NCBI GenBank assembly: GCA_963695355.1
Contig: OY968775.1
Location: forward strand, 71,983-135,982
From: an uncultured beta proteobacterium
GTDB lineage: Bacteria; Pseudomonadota; Gammaproteobacteria; Burkholderiales; Gallionellaceae
DNA: 64,000 nt
Direction: 5' to 3'
A model generated the notes under the pieces. That model searched no databases. It saw only the letters and a program-made list of their open reading frames with translations, and was not told the DNA's origin. Positions 40,857 through 50,905 of this stretch are shown piece by piece (within the stretch, counting starts at the first letter, position 1; the number at the start of each line of letters is the position of its first letter). The position numbers and the translations under genes were made by a program.

Positions 40857-41713
40857 TGGCTAGTCCCCGAATACTTAGTTACAAAAGCTGACAAAGCATC
40901 ACGATACTCCAACCAAGCAATGGTGCCGCTATTGTTATGTTCACCACCTTCAATGAGTAACAGTGATTTGGGTTGCGGCGCAGCAGCGTAAAGTTGTTTT
41001 GCCATCCCGACGGGCACTTTTTTATCCCAAGTTCCATGAATCATTAACAATGGAACATTAAGTTTTTTGATTTTTTCTATAGTATTGAAACGCTGGTTAA
41101 GCAGTAAACCAACAGGTAAAAATCCGTATTCAACTTCCCCCATTGCTTGCATCGACGTGAACGTGCTTTCGGTAACCACACCCGCCGCTTCAGGATGATG
41201 AATGGCCAAGTCAACCGCAATCGAACCTCCCAAAGAGTGCCCGTAAATAAAGGCTTGAGTAGGTTTTATATTGCGCACTTTAAGTAGGTATTGCCAAGCT
41301 GCTTCAGCATCTTGATAGGCATTTTCTTCACTCGGTTTACCCGTGCTTTTGCCAAAACCGCGATAATCCACCAGCAATACGTTGTAGCCTAAATTATGCA
41401 GGCGCAATGTGTGCTCAAGATTGTTGGCAATGTTGCGATAGTTGCCGTGCAAATACAGCAAAGTCACTGCATTCATCCTATCGGAAGGTATCCACCAACC
41501 ATGTATCTCCGCCTTCTCTGCACCCTCACCTACCGCGAAGTGCAAGTTTTCAAACTTCATCCCCAAACGGTCCGGGGTGGTTTGAAAAATAGGCGATGGC
41601 AAAAAGACAATCTGCTTTTGCATTGCCCACATATAGGCGCAAGCCGCCACATAAAGTATCGCTACAACGCCCAACCCACGGGTTATTCGGCGCGTCCAAC
41701 TATTGCGTTTCAT
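40853..41713 (-). CDS. Alpha/beta hydrolase (ABHD13-like)
   Basis: LYLHGN, DYRGFGKS.GKPSE, YGHSLGG nucleophile, IHGTWD, GGEHN. Confidence 0.9.
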   Translation of the reverse strand: MKRNSWTRRITRGLGVVAILYVAACAYMWAMQKQIVFLPSPIFQTTPDRLGMKFENLHFAVGEGAEKAEIHGWWIPSDRMNAVTLLYLHGNYRNIANNLEHTLRLHNLGYNVLLVDYRGFGKSTGKPSEENAYQDAEAAWQYLLKVRNIKPTQAFIYGHSLGGSIAVDLAIHHPEAAGVVTESTFTSMQAMGEVEYGFLPVGLLLNQRFNTIEKIKKLNVPLLMIHGTWDKKVPVGMAKQLYAAAPQPKSLLLIEGGEHNNSGTIAWLEYRDALSAFVTKYSGTSQ

Positions 41714-42411
41714 GCGGTATTTTCTAGCTTATTCCACAAGCACGCATTTTTACTGGTCTTGTCGAGGTCGATCATTTGTTGCGCATGCGCCGCTAATTCT
41801 GCCTCACTAGGCTGTAAAACGCGCAACTGGGGACGCGACCCATCAGTATTAAATACGGCTGCTTTACGCTGAACAGGCGTGTCAACGTCGCCAAGAAAGC
41901 TATGCTGACCGCGCGTCATTGCAAAATAGGCTTCGGCGAGTAACTCTGTATCCAGCAACGCGCCGTGCAGGGTGCGATGCGTGTTGTCAATTTCATAGCG
42001 GCTGCACAATGCGTCCAAACTATTTTTTTTACCTGGGTGCATTTCACGCGCCAACTTCAGTGTATCTAACACCTCATTTTGTAAAGCAGGCAGTCCCAAT
42101 AAACTCAGCTCATGGTTTAAGAAACCCATATCAAACGGCGCGTTGTGAATAATCAATTCAGCACCGGCGATAAATTCCAAAAAGCTCGCGGCAATGTCGG
42201 CAAACTTGGCTTCATTTTGCAAACGCTCATAAGTCAAACCGTGCACCGCTGCCGCACCCGCATCAATCTCGCGCTCAGGGTTGAGATAGCGATGAAATCG
42301 ACGCAGTGAAATTTTTCTGCCATCCAATTCAATCGCGGCCAGTTCAATCACGCGATGTCCTTGCTGCGGGCTGAGGCCGGTGGTTTCCGTATCCAATACG
42401 ATTCTACGCAT
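41710..42411 (-). CDS. dnaQ: DNA polymerase III epsilon subunit
   Basis: [27 protein letters not shown] exonuclease motifs. Confidence 0.97.
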   Translation of the reverse strand: MRRIVLDTETTGLSPQQGHRVIELAAIELDGRKISLRRFHRYLNPEREIDAGAAAVHGLTYERLQNEAKFADIAASFLEFIAGAELIIHNAPFDMGFLNHELSLLGLPALQNEVLDTLKLAREMHPGKKNSLDALCSRYEIDNTHRTLHGALLDTELLAEAYFAMTRGQHSFLGDVDTPVQRKAAVFNTDGSRPQLRVLQPSEAELAAHAQQMIDLDKTSKNACLWNKLENTA

Positions 42412-42868
42412 GACTTTTCTCCGCGCTCTGCAACACCGTTTCCACACCCAAATTTGCCAACGCATCGGCGCGTTCGTTGCCTTGGTGTCCGTTATGCCCC
42501 TTAACCCAAACCCATTCGATGTCGTGCTGTGAGGCCAGCGCATCTAACCTGCGCCATAAGTCTTCGTTTTTCACCGGTTTTTTATCGGCAGTTTTCCAGC
42601 CGCGCTTCTTCCAATTTTCCATCCACTCGGTAATGCCTTGCAGCACATACTTGGAGTCAGTATGCAGCCTGACATGACAGTGCCGCTTCAGTGCTTCCAA
42701 TGCGGAGATAGCACCCATCAATTCCATTCGATTATTAGTGGTGTGCAGATCCCCGCCAAACAACTCACGCTCCACACCTTTGTTGCGCAGCAACGCCCCC
42801 CAACCGCCCACGCCGGGATTGCCCTTGCATGCGCCATCGGTAAAAATTTCAGTGACTGCTTTGTTCAT
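42404..42868 (-). CDS. rnhA: Ribonuclease HI
   Basis: [49 protein letters not shown]. Confidence 0.98.
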   Translation of the reverse strand: MNKAVTEIFTDGACKGNPGVGGWGALLRNKGVERELFGGDLHTTNNRMELMGAISALEALKRHCHVRLHTDSKYVLQGITEWMENWKKRGWKTADKKPVKNEDLWRRLDALASQHDIEWVWVKGHNGHQGNERADALANLGVETVLQSAEKSHA

Positions 42869-43586
42869 CTTGCCGTACATCCTCGTTATTCAATTTAGGC
42901 GTGGCAGGCAATAACTTGCCCACCAGCCCATTATTCCATTTGGGTTTTATTAACCGCATTCCGGGCACACGCTTAATCGCGTGTAAAAAATATACCCCAC
43001 CACTGACTGCCCACCAGCGATCTCCTGCTGATTCTATAAACGCACATCTCTCCAGCCATTTTCTTTGCTGAAAAGGTGGTGCATAAGCGGAAAAACGTCC
43101 TCCCACCACTTCGAACCCCAGCAACGCCAGCCAATCTTTAAGCCTCGTTAAACCAATGAATTCACCACACCAAGGATAACCCTGTTTATGTTCACGCGTG
43201 CGATTCAGCCCCCACAAACTCAGCGGGTTAAACCCACTGATAATCAGATTCCCTTCGGGCATTAACACACGCTCCACCTCGCGCAAAATTTGATGGGGCA
43301 TGTCGGAAAATTCCAACACGTGCGGCAACAACAATAAGTCCATGCTATCGCATTCAAACGGCAATTCCGTTTGAATAAACGTTACATCGCAATCTTTGAC
43401 ACGCAAGGGTATGCGGCTGGTACGCAGAAAATCATGTTGAGGCAAACCCAACTGCAAAGCATTGAAGCCAAAAATATCACTCACAGTACGATCAAAATAT
43501 GCCTGCTCACGACTCAGCACATAATCGCCCTGGGGCGTAGCGAACCACTCGCCCAAACTTTGTGCAGTTACCTTACAATTCGGCAT
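42849..43586 (-). CDS. Class I SAM-dependent methyltransferase (YafS-like)
   Basis: [41 protein letters not shown]; standard position beside rnhA/gloB. Confidence 0.9.
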   Translation of the reverse strand: MPNCKVTAQSLGEWFATPQGDYVLSREQAYFDRTVSDIFGFNALQLGLPQHDFLRTSRIPLRVKDCDVTFIQTELPFECDSMDLLLLPHVLEFSDMPHQILREVERVLMPEGNLIISGFNPLSLWGLNRTREHKQGYPWCGEFIGLTRLKDWLALLGFEVVGGRFSAYAPPFQQRKWLERCAFIESAGDRWWAVSGGVYFLHAIKRVPGMRLIKPKWNNGLVGKLLPATPKLNNEDVRQDEQSSH

Positions 43587-43606
43587 TGCTTAATGTCCCT
43601 GCGAAT

Positions 43607-44398
43607 ATGTTCAACATTACGGCCATCCCTGCTTTTCAAGATAATTACATTTGGGCAATCCACAATGGGAAACACGCTGTTGTTGTTGATCCTGGTGACG
43701 CTACGCCCGTGTTGAAATTCTTGACTACGCATCATTTGCAACTAACCACTATTCTATGCACGCATCGACATAATGACCACATCGGCGGCATCGCAAAACT
43801 GCGCGCAGAATACCACGTGCCAGTGTACGGACGAAGTCATCCCAACAATCCTCACATTACACATGATTTGCGGGAAGGTGAGCAGCTTACCCTTGCCGAA
43901 TTCAATCTCACTTTCAACATCATGGAAATACCCGGCCACCTCGACGATCACATTGCGTTTTTCAACTCAGATATTTTATTTTGCGGTGACGTATTATTTG
44001 GTGCGGGTTGCGGTAGAAACAAAGAAGGCACGCTTGTACAACTGCATCACTCCTTGCAACGCCTGAGCCAATTGCCTGATGAAACTCGCGTGTATTGTGC
44101 TCACGAATATACCGCAGCGAACATTCAATTTGCGTTGGCTTGCGAACCCAGTAATTTAGTCTTACACGAACGTTTACTAGCCACTCAAAAGCTACACACC
44201 ACCAATCTTCCCAGCTTGCCCAGCACCATTGCATTAGAAAAGACCACAAACCCTTTTCTGCGCTGCAACTCACCTGAAATCATCGACACCCTACAGCATC
44301 GCGGCTTACAAGATACTACTGAGCTTGCCGTGTTTATTGCCTTGCGCGAATGGCGCAATGCCTTCGCCAGTGTTTTTGATGAGCCGACAGCGATGTAG
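43607..44398 (+). CDS. gloB: Hydroxyacylglutathione hydrolase
   Basis: IPAFQDNYIW, VDPGDA, THRHNDHIGG, PGHLDDHI, FCGD.LF..GCGR, CAHEYT, TNPFLR. Confidence 0.96.
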   Translation: MFNITAIPAFQDNYIWAIHNGKHAVVVDPGDATPVLKFLTTHHLQLTTILCTHRHNDHIGGIAKLRAEYHVPVYGRSHPNNPHITHDLREGEQLTLAEFNLTFNIMEIPGHLDDHIAFFNSDILFCGDVLFGAGCGRNKEGTLVQLHHSLQRLSQLPDETRVYCAHEYTAANIQFALACEPSNLVLHERLLATQKLHTTNLPSLPSTIALEKTTNPFLRCNSPEIIDTLQHRGLQDTTELAVFIALREWRNAFASVFDEPTAM

Positions 44399-44452
44399 CA
44401 TCGTTTTCGGATTGCAGCGAAAGACGTTCTAGGCTATCCTGCGCGCCCTTTC

Positions 44453-44543
44453 GGAGAGGTGGATGAGCGGTTTAAGTCGCACGCCTGGAAAGCGTGTTTG
44501 GGATAATATCCCAACGGGGGTTCGAATCCCCCCTTCTCCGCCA
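44453..44543 (+). tRNA. tRNA-Ser(GGA), long variable arm, encoded CCA
   Basis: GGAGAGG/CUUCUCC acceptor stem, CACGC-CU GGA AA-GCGUG anticodon arm, GGUUCGAAUCC T-loop, ends GCCA. Confidence 0.98.
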
Positions 44544-44547
44544 TAGA

Positions 44548-44569
44548 CGTTCGGAATTTTGTGATATAA
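44548..44569 (+). repeat. Left sub-terminal inverted repeat
   Basis: cgttcggaattttgtgatataa, exact reverse complement of 60815-60836. Confidence 0.97.
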
Positions 44570-44705
44570 AAGCTCGATTTCGAAAACATTCCGCCCAAGC
44601 CAATCCGCGCCCATCTTGTTGTTAATATAGGGATTATCAGAATATCTTCGCTGGATGCCGTAAATAATTAGATTCTAAAATACCTAAAATTTGGATCTGA
44701 AGCAG

Positions 44706-44789
44706 GCCTAACTTTCATACCCCAATTTCCTGCTGTATTGAATAGCAACTTTTTGGCAGCAATATTTTGCGATTAGCATTCTGTTAGGT
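44706..44789 (+). other. Possible degenerate integron attC site
   Basis: R'' gcctaac (44706-44712), R' gttaggt (44783-44789), internal tgctg/cagca pairing; L boxes poorly matched. Confidence 0.4.
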
Positions 44790-45140
44790 GCCATAAGCAG
44801 AGCTCACATTTCTTTCCAAAAGGAGACATTCGTTCCTGCCCGTACTATCATGTGCGAAGGTGTGTTCGATGATTTTAGTATTCAGTTTGTAGGTGTGCTA
44901 AAAATACTTAACCGATTTAAATGAAAATATAGATTCGGCATGAAGAAGTTTGAAGTTAGTAACCGCTATTTTATCAAGTATTAATTGAAAAATAACATAC
45001 ACCGAGTTCAAACTTCATAGTGCCGAAGCAATAGCTCCCTACACAGCTAATTTATTATCCACCTGTCTTGATAAAAGATTAGGTCTTTTATTGGGGCCTA
45101 TATTCGTTAGGCAGGGCTTCATCGAGAGAGGTATTAAATT

Positions 45141-45644
45141 TTGAGCATGGAAAGTGTTTTATCAATAATTGGTTCAATTGCTTCTATTGGTGGAGCAATT
45201 TGGGCATTTATTGAAGCTAAAAAATCTACGAATGCAGCAACTAAATCAGAACGACTTCGTGATGAACTTATCCATCGAAGAAAAATGGTAGAGGTATCAC
45301 AAGTGCATTCAGAGACAACTAGAGTTTTATCTGTTGTATCCAAAGTTGGGCCTTCTTGTAATGCAAAGCTTCTCAAAGGTGTTAACTGTGCTGATATCGC
45401 AAAAGAGGTAGAGGTATATGCAAGGTTTATCTTAGAACAAAGCGGGCATTTCACTGATTTTTTCGAAAATAAAGCCAAAGAACTTTGTGCTGATTTAAAA
45501 AACGATATTGAAGCTTTGTCCGAAGCTATCAGTTTTGAAGACAAAAAAAATTACGGCAAAAGCATCTACTATAAAATTCAGAATTTTGTGCCCGCAGTTA
45601 AACAGCTCTCAGATGAAAAGAAAGAGCGAGCATTAGAGCTATAA
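45141..45644 (+). CDS. Hypothetical protein with N-terminal TM helix (cassette-borne)
   Basis: 167-aa ORF starting 28 bp after a GTTAGGC core site (45106-45112). Confidence 0.8.
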   Translation: MSMESVLSIIGSIASIGGAIWAFIEAKKSTNAATKSERLRDELIHRRKMVEVSQVHSETTRVLSVVSKVGPSCNAKLLKGVNCADIAKEVEVYARFILEQSGHFTDFFENKAKELCADLKNDIEALSEAISFEDKKNYGKSIYYKIQNFVPAVKQLSDEKKERALEL

Positions 45645-45658
45645 ATTAAGGAGTTATC

Positions 45659-46216
45659 ATGAAATTGACAGATGGTGAAAAGTTAATTGTTCTTATGCTA
45701 AGCGAGCTTTATGAAAAGCTTGGTGTAAATGGCGAAATAGAACCTGATTTCATTAAATCAGCTATTTTTAGCGATCAACTTTGGGGTATAAAATGGAAAT
45801 ATAGTGGTATTCCATTCGAAGAGTCAGAAGACCCAGAAATTGTAAAAGAAGTGGTTGATATTCTCGATATGTGGAGTTTCATTGAACGCGCCTATAGCCA
45901 ATTAAATGAAGAACAAAAGACTAAATTAGAAGCTGATGTTCCCTATTTTGGTCAAGATCCGAAATTTGTCGGTTTCGATGGCAATAATGAATCTGAATAT
46001 ATGGGAACAGCTATGTTTTTAGTAAATGAACTGGAAAGGTTTCAAGAATTTAGTGGCCGCAGCTTCAATTGCCACTCTCAATCAATAGATGGGTATCTCA
46101 GAATGTTGAGCGCATTCGAACCAATTCGTAAAACATTATCAAACAAGCCGTTAAACCTTGAGCAGTTAACTACAATTTTAAAAGAAATAACCCATCCCAG
46201 TAGAAGACAAGCCTAA
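45659..46216 (+). CDS. YfbU-family protein (cassette-borne)
   Basis: MKLTDGEKLIVLML, EVVDILDMW..IE, F.GFDGNNE..Y....FLV....RF, N.HS....Y.RML; stop codon lies inside GCCTAAC. Confidence 0.8.
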   Translation: MKLTDGEKLIVLMLSELYEKLGVNGEIEPDFIKSAIFSDQLWGIKWKYSGIPFEESEDPEIVKEVVDILDMWSFIERAYSQLNEEQKTKLEADVPYFGQDPKFVGFDGNNESEYMGTAMFLVNELERFQEFSGRSFNCHSQSIDGYLRMLSAFEPIRKTLSNKPLNLEQLTTILKEITHPSRRQA

Positions 46217-46250
46217 CAAAGCGTTCGTTCGGATGCTAACTACGCTGCGG
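46211..46250 (+). other. Truncated integron attC site (5' half)
   Basis: gcctaacaaagcgttcgttcggatgctaactacgctgcg: R'' box overlapping the ORF stop and exactly complementary to GTTAGGC at 45106; the 3' half is missing. Confidence 0.7.
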
Positions 46251-46259
46251 TCTGCACTT

Positions 46260-46560
46260 TGGAAACGCTACTGACCGCAATGTGCTGCCATATTTTATCA
46301 ACGTCGCAGGAAAACTGAATGTTTCAGGCTGGGATGCGAAAGAGCGACAATTGAGTTTTTCCAAGAAGTGCCAGGCCATCTGTATGGAACTAAAGTTGGA
46401 CTTCAATCCTTCGGTTGAGCCAAACGCTACCGCCATTCGGCTATTCGATTTGCGCAATGAGCTTGCCCATCCAAAGATGGTCACCGAGTCACTGAACGAA
46501 TTAATATCCCAGCAAGAATATGAGCGCCGACAAACTGAATTGGGGGGGGATAAGCCATCC
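46260..46560 (+). pseudogene. HEPN-like protein fragment
   Basis: YFINVAGK...W...ER.LS...K followed by LRNELAHPK (Rx4H); no intact N-terminus. Confidence 0.5.
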
Positions 46561-46929
46561 ATTGAGGGAACAGCTCACTCCTCTTGCAGTAGATCAGCTT
46601 ATTCAGTCCACCGAGGCTTACCGCTTGATGAAACAGTCGCGATGCTTAACACACACAAACCCAACGAAGAACAATTAAAGATGTTGACGTTAGGAATGGA
46701 AATGTTTGTGGGTGTGCTGGGTAATGTTGTTTCAGGCGTTGGCGAAAATAGGCATTGATACCACCATTATTAAAGGTATTCGATCCAAGTTTTATTAAGT
46801 TTTCAGCAGATTCCGTTTTGCTAATTAATAGCCCAACGTTGTCAAAATTGTCAGCTACAATGCAAAAAATATTGTTCTCAGTAAACTTTTTTTGTATTTC
46901 TTAAGACCTAATACGGCGCAGTTTTAATT

Positions 46930-48756
46930 ATGATCCTTGCCAAAATCCCACCTGTGAAGAGTCCGAGCCTGCCTGGATTCTCTATTGATGCGAACGTCTG
47001 TCTAAACCCTGCCTGCGAAAATTTCGGTGTCTCAGGAGAAGACATCCATCTGCCGGAAATCGGTTATGAATATAAGGACAACGATGAGGTCTTAAGATAC
47101 AAATGTAAGCGCTGCGGCCAATCCCACTCAGCCTTTAGCAATACCAGCGTGTTAGAAACTTTTCATCGCTGTCTTCAGAACTCGATACCCTACGCAAGCT
47201 GCCCAAATCCAGAGTGTAAAAATCATTTTGTAAACCTGTTTGAGCACTACCATGACGACCCGAGAGATAAGCGCGAAAAGCTTTATCGCATAAATGTCTC
47301 TGATGATGCCAAGGAGTATTATCAGGCTCGATGTCGTAGTTGCAATAAAACCTTCACCTTGTCAAAACCACTCCGTCTGCATATCAGTGAACGCAGATTC
47401 TGGCAGAAGGACATGGGTTTCTTCATTAAAGCTATCGTTAACAGCTCCGGGCCATCCATTGTCATGAACCTGGCAGAGGTTCATGGCGATCTCTACTATT
47501 CCCAGCTAACGGCTGCTTCGAATGCGTTACTCAATTACAACAACTTTCATCTCATCAATCTCTTGAAGCCCTCCGTTGCTCCTAAACTAATGCGGATTTA
47601 CACAGACTGTATCGTTTGCAGCATCAAGATGCACCGCAATGACCAAAGAGTTCAACTGATGAAAATCATTGTGTCAACTACTGAACTAGATGGCCGCTCA
47701 CTGATCCTCGCGTTCCACCCTTTGTTCGATCAGCAAGACATTGACGACAACATTATTGCGAACGATCACAAACAGCCATTGGAGCTACGGCGATATGAAT
47801 ATCTGAAACATCCATTCAATACTAAAAGGGATGAGAAGAATCCATTGCCTCCAATCGGGGTCGGTGGATCCTTCATGGAGGATTCATATGCCTACATGGG
47901 ACATTTTTTGGTATTAAGGAAACTTCTTGCCAAGGTAGAGTCATTACAGTTCTATATGGACGGTGAAGCTTCCCTATACAATGCTGCATTGACGGCCTTT
48001 TCCGATCGCATCAAACCCAATCACAACAAATCCAAAAGAAGTAGCTGTGATATCGTCGTGAAGGTATTGGAGAAAGATAAAAAAGCAACCCAAAATTACT
48101 CTCAGGTGAGGGACCAGGCTAGAAAATCCTTTCGAAAAGTCCATGCCGATTCGAAGCCGCCCGATGCCTCTCAATTACGCCGATTTTTATTGAGCGAAGA
48201 GATGCAACGGGTGAATGAGTCCATCAAAAATAGCAACACCAATAAGAGCAGAAAATTATTTACAGAACCACTCTCCAGAATTTACACAGTAGCAACCAGC
48301 AGGGCCAACACGACCGGTAAAGATTTTTGGGTAACCGACCTACTTAATGGTAAATCAAACCCGCCAGCCAGAATTTTGTGGTTAACCCGAACGACCGAAC
48401 ATGCAAATACAGACCATGAGCTCGACTTGTATCACAACTGTTCGCTCTTTTACATTGATAGTATATTTGGAGCCTTCCGACAGCGCTCCTCGTTGGTAGC
48501 TCGGCCTCAATTAACGGCATCAGGCCAAAGGAGCTATAACAGCAATCCCGAGTTACCTATCAATCTGATCCAGGATTTCACCATCAACGTAGCGTACTGG
48601 AATTTCTTCCTGAAATATCGAAGTGTGCCGAAAGAAACCATTGCCTATGTGCATGGCCTAGTCAAAAAGAAAGAATCTCCGGAGTTCAAAGTGGCTTTCC
48701 AGACCAGATATACCTTTGATAATGCGAAAAGGATAACCAAATGGCTTGGTATTTGA
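46930..48756 (+). CDS. Large multi-Zn-ribbon RNase-H-fold transposase-like protein, paralogue A
   Basis: CLNPAC/CKRC and CPNPEC/CRSC Zn ribbons, helical HTH-like segment, acidic motifs IYTD, FYMDGE, YIDSIF, and C-terminal VAYWNF...TIAYVHGL, all collinear with paralogue B. Confidence 0.7.
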   Translation: MILAKIPPVKSPSLPGFSIDANVCLNPACENFGVSGEDIHLPEIGYEYKDNDEVLRYKCKRCGQSHSAFSNTSVLETFHRCLQNSIPYASCPNPECKNHFVNLFEHYHDDPRDKREKLYRINVSDDAKEYYQARCRSCNKTFTLSKPLRLHISERRFWQKDMGFFIKAIVNSSGPSIVMNLAEVHGDLYYSQLTAASNALLNYNNFHLINLLKPSVAPKLMRIYTDCIVCSIKMHRNDQRVQLMKIIVSTTELDGRSLILAFHPLFDQQDIDDNIIANDHKQPLELRRYEYLKHPFNTKRDEKNPLPPIGVGGSFMEDSYAYMGHFLVLRKLLAKVESLQFYMDGEASLYNAALTAFSDRIKPNHNKSKRSSCDIVVKVLEKDKKATQNYSQVRDQARKSFRKVHADSKPPDASQLRRFLLSEEMQRVNESIKNSNTNKSRKLFTEPLSRIYTVATSRANTTGKDFWVTDLLNGKSNPPARILWLTRTTEHANTDHELDLYHNCSLFYIDSIFGAFRQRSSLVARPQLTASGQRSYNSNPELPINLIQDFTINVAYWNFFLKYRSVPKETIAYVHGLVKKKESPEFKVAFQTRYTFDNAKRITKWLGI

Positions 48757-49526
48757 GCGAGGTCGTCACCGATCTCTCCCCTGTCGTGGAGATCCTCAAG
48801 CTATACGATCAGACCACCGGATCATTCCCCGATGAAGAAAATAACGATGATTACAAAAAACGCCTAGTCCCGTTATTACGCCAGGCCACGTTTAATACCG
48901 ACCACATTGAAGCCGATAGCATCCCGGCAGCCTATGAGAATGATGAGTACAAATGGCTGGCATCCGGCTACCACGACCTTATCCGCAAACTGGGGCTTGT
49001 TAAGCTTAGCGTCGATAAGCTTGAGCGTGAGCATGGGTACTCTTTAGAACTGACAGAAGCAGGAAGACAGGTTCTCAACCAGCAGCTCACCTTATCCGAA
49101 CTCATGAAGGCCGGGTTGCCTGAATGGAGAAACGATGCCGGAATCCACCCCTATCCGATCATCCTAAAGCTCTTGTCGAATTTAAAACAGAGCAATCTTT
49201 ACCCTTGTGGTGGCCTGTTGCTGCTGGAGGTAATGATCGTTTTATTGAAGCTCAACCAACCGCATGGACACATTATCAATCTCTATGACCATATCCAGGA
49301 ATATAGAAAAGGGTTTTATCCTTACATGACTGGTGAGGTTCAAGTCGATCTGATCAACTATTCAGGTTTACTCTGGGAGAAGCTGAGCCAGGACTTATCC
49401 AACTACCATGCTGCCAATTACCCGGCTCGGGCAACATTGCAACTGATGATGTACGCGGGCGATTTAGCCTATGGCCCGGTACCCGATGAGATCTTTGGTC
49501 AGGTTCAGTACGTCACCATCGCCTAA
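48741..49526 (+). CDS. Putative AlwI-family restriction-endonuclease-like DNA-recognition (winged-helix) subunit
   Basis: LIRKLGLV...LELTEAGRQVL and IHPY.IILKLL.NL...LLLLEV resemble the AlwI-family N-terminal domain; overlaps paralogue A by 16 bp. Confidence 0.5.
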   Translation: MAWYLSEVVTDLSPVVEILKLYDQTTGSFPDEENNDDYKKRLVPLLRQATFNTDHIEADSIPAAYENDEYKWLASGYHDLIRKLGLVKLSVDKLEREHGYSLELTEAGRQVLNQQLTLSELMKAGLPEWRNDAGIHPYPIILKLLSNLKQSNLYPCGGLLLLEVMIVLLKLNQPHGHIINLYDHIQEYRKGFYPYMTGEVQVDLINYSGLLWEKLSQDLSNYHAANYPARATLQLMMYAGDLAYGPVPDEIFGQVQYVTIA

Positions 49527-49541
49527 TACGAGTCATTCATC

Positions 49542-50390
49542 ATGGTTGAAAACAACAAAACCATCGCCATCGGTACAGATAAAGATCCCTATAAGGTACC
49601 GCTGAACCTAAAACAGTTGTCGATATATATGCAATACATTATTCCGAATTCAAAGCGTGAAATGAAAGATATATTCGGTAAATTTGATCTCGATTCAGCT
49701 TCACGCAGAAAACAGCTGAACACCATCGACTTTAAAACCGATGCGGGTGAACGCATGACATTGCAGAAAATCAACAAAGGGCTCACGATGGAATTGTTCG
49801 CTAGCGGAATGTTCAGCTACTTCGATCATCCCTCAGAAGTGCATTCAAACTGTGTCGCAAATCGATATCACCCTCAAGGTGCAGTTGATAAGAACCAATA
49901 CCAAGTAGTGCCAAAAAATTATGCACCAGGGGGTATGCCGGATGTGCAGATTGACTATACGAATTTCATGGTGATGTTAGAGGTCAGTGCCAAGGAGAAG
50001 CCAACCTTAGGAGATTTGAGTAAACAATTTAACGGTGCATTAAAGCACGCACGCACAATCCGCGAAGATGGATATGATAAGCCTATCTATTGCCTAGTGA
50101 TCCACGAGCGCTCTTTGATGGAAACGAAAAATAAAACCGCGCTGAAAGAAGTCCTGGAAGTGATCAATCCATCAGAGCAGATCTATATCACCGCGATATC
50201 GATATTGGAATTTGCGGGTTTGGGGCAAGTGATGGCAGATACATACGAGAATGCCATTTCCATAATACAGAACGACAATTTACTTAGTGTCCTCAAGGCA
50301 ACCGTTGAAAAGGGTGTTGAGGGTAAGTTTCATGACGAATTCGTTAAATGCCTGAAAGACCTTAAACCCAAAGCTGCTCATGAATGGTGA
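49542..50390 (+). CDS. PD-(D/E)XK nuclease, AlwI/FokI-like catalytic subunit
   Basis: PKNYAPGGMPDVQI..Y...MLEVS...KH...YCLVI matches the AlwI-family pattern APGG.PD...EV; no methyltransferase nearby. Confidence 0.6.
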   Translation: MVENNKTIAIGTDKDPYKVPLNLKQLSIYMQYIIPNSKREMKDIFGKFDLDSASRRKQLNTIDFKTDAGERMTLQKINKGLTMELFASGMFSYFDHPSEVHSNCVANRYHPQGAVDKNQYQVVPKNYAPGGMPDVQIDYTNFMVMLEVSAKEKPTLGDLSKQFNGALKHARTIREDGYDKPIYCLVIHERSLMETKNKTALKEVLEVINPSEQIYITAISILEFAGLGQVMADTYENAISIIQNDNLLSVLKATVEKGVEGKFHDEFVKCLKDLKPKAAHEW

Positions 50391-50419
50391 CTTTGGAAGT
50401 TTGTGTGTGGATGTGACTG

Positions 50420-50748
50420 GAAGCATATTCCACTCGTTTTGAGATTTTCGACAGATTTTCGGCCTTAGCTGACGTGACTGGCTGGCTCATGTAGGTGTAA
50501 AGACAGCCTACATCACACCTGGCAGTCCATGGGAGAACGGTGACTGTGAAAGCTTCAACGGCACATTGCGTAATGAGTTGCTTGATGGAGATATCTTCTA
50601 TGGTGTCAAAGAAGCGCAGGTGTTGGTTGATCAGTGGGTCAGGCATTACAACACCACCAGGCCGCACAGTTCGTTGGGTTACAAGCCTCCTGCGCCAGAG
50701 GCTATCATCAACATGAACATACAAAATTTACACTCGGTGATGCACTGA
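50420..50748 (+). pseudogene. IS3-family transposase 3' remnant
   Basis: GVKTAYITPGSPWENGDCESFNGTLRNELLD...W..HYNT.RPHSSLGY.PP. Confidence 0.9.
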
Positions 50749-50905
50749 AGTATGATACAAATACTCTCACTTCAAGTGGTACTAAATTTGACGCAGTTCA
50801 TGACTTCAGCAACGAGCACCACCATGTCCGCAAAGCATAACGTAACTCTGTCAGGGGTTGGCAACCGTACCTTCGGGCGAAAGGTGTGAATGCAGGACTT
50901 AACGC

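Noticed and set aside
46560-46758. C-terminal half of the 158-aa ORF 46282-46758
   Set aside because: Looks like read-through from a HEPN fragment into unrelated decayed sequence; not called as an intact gene.
50362-50724. 120-aa minus-strand ORF
   Set aside because: Antisense frame of the IS3 transposase remnant.
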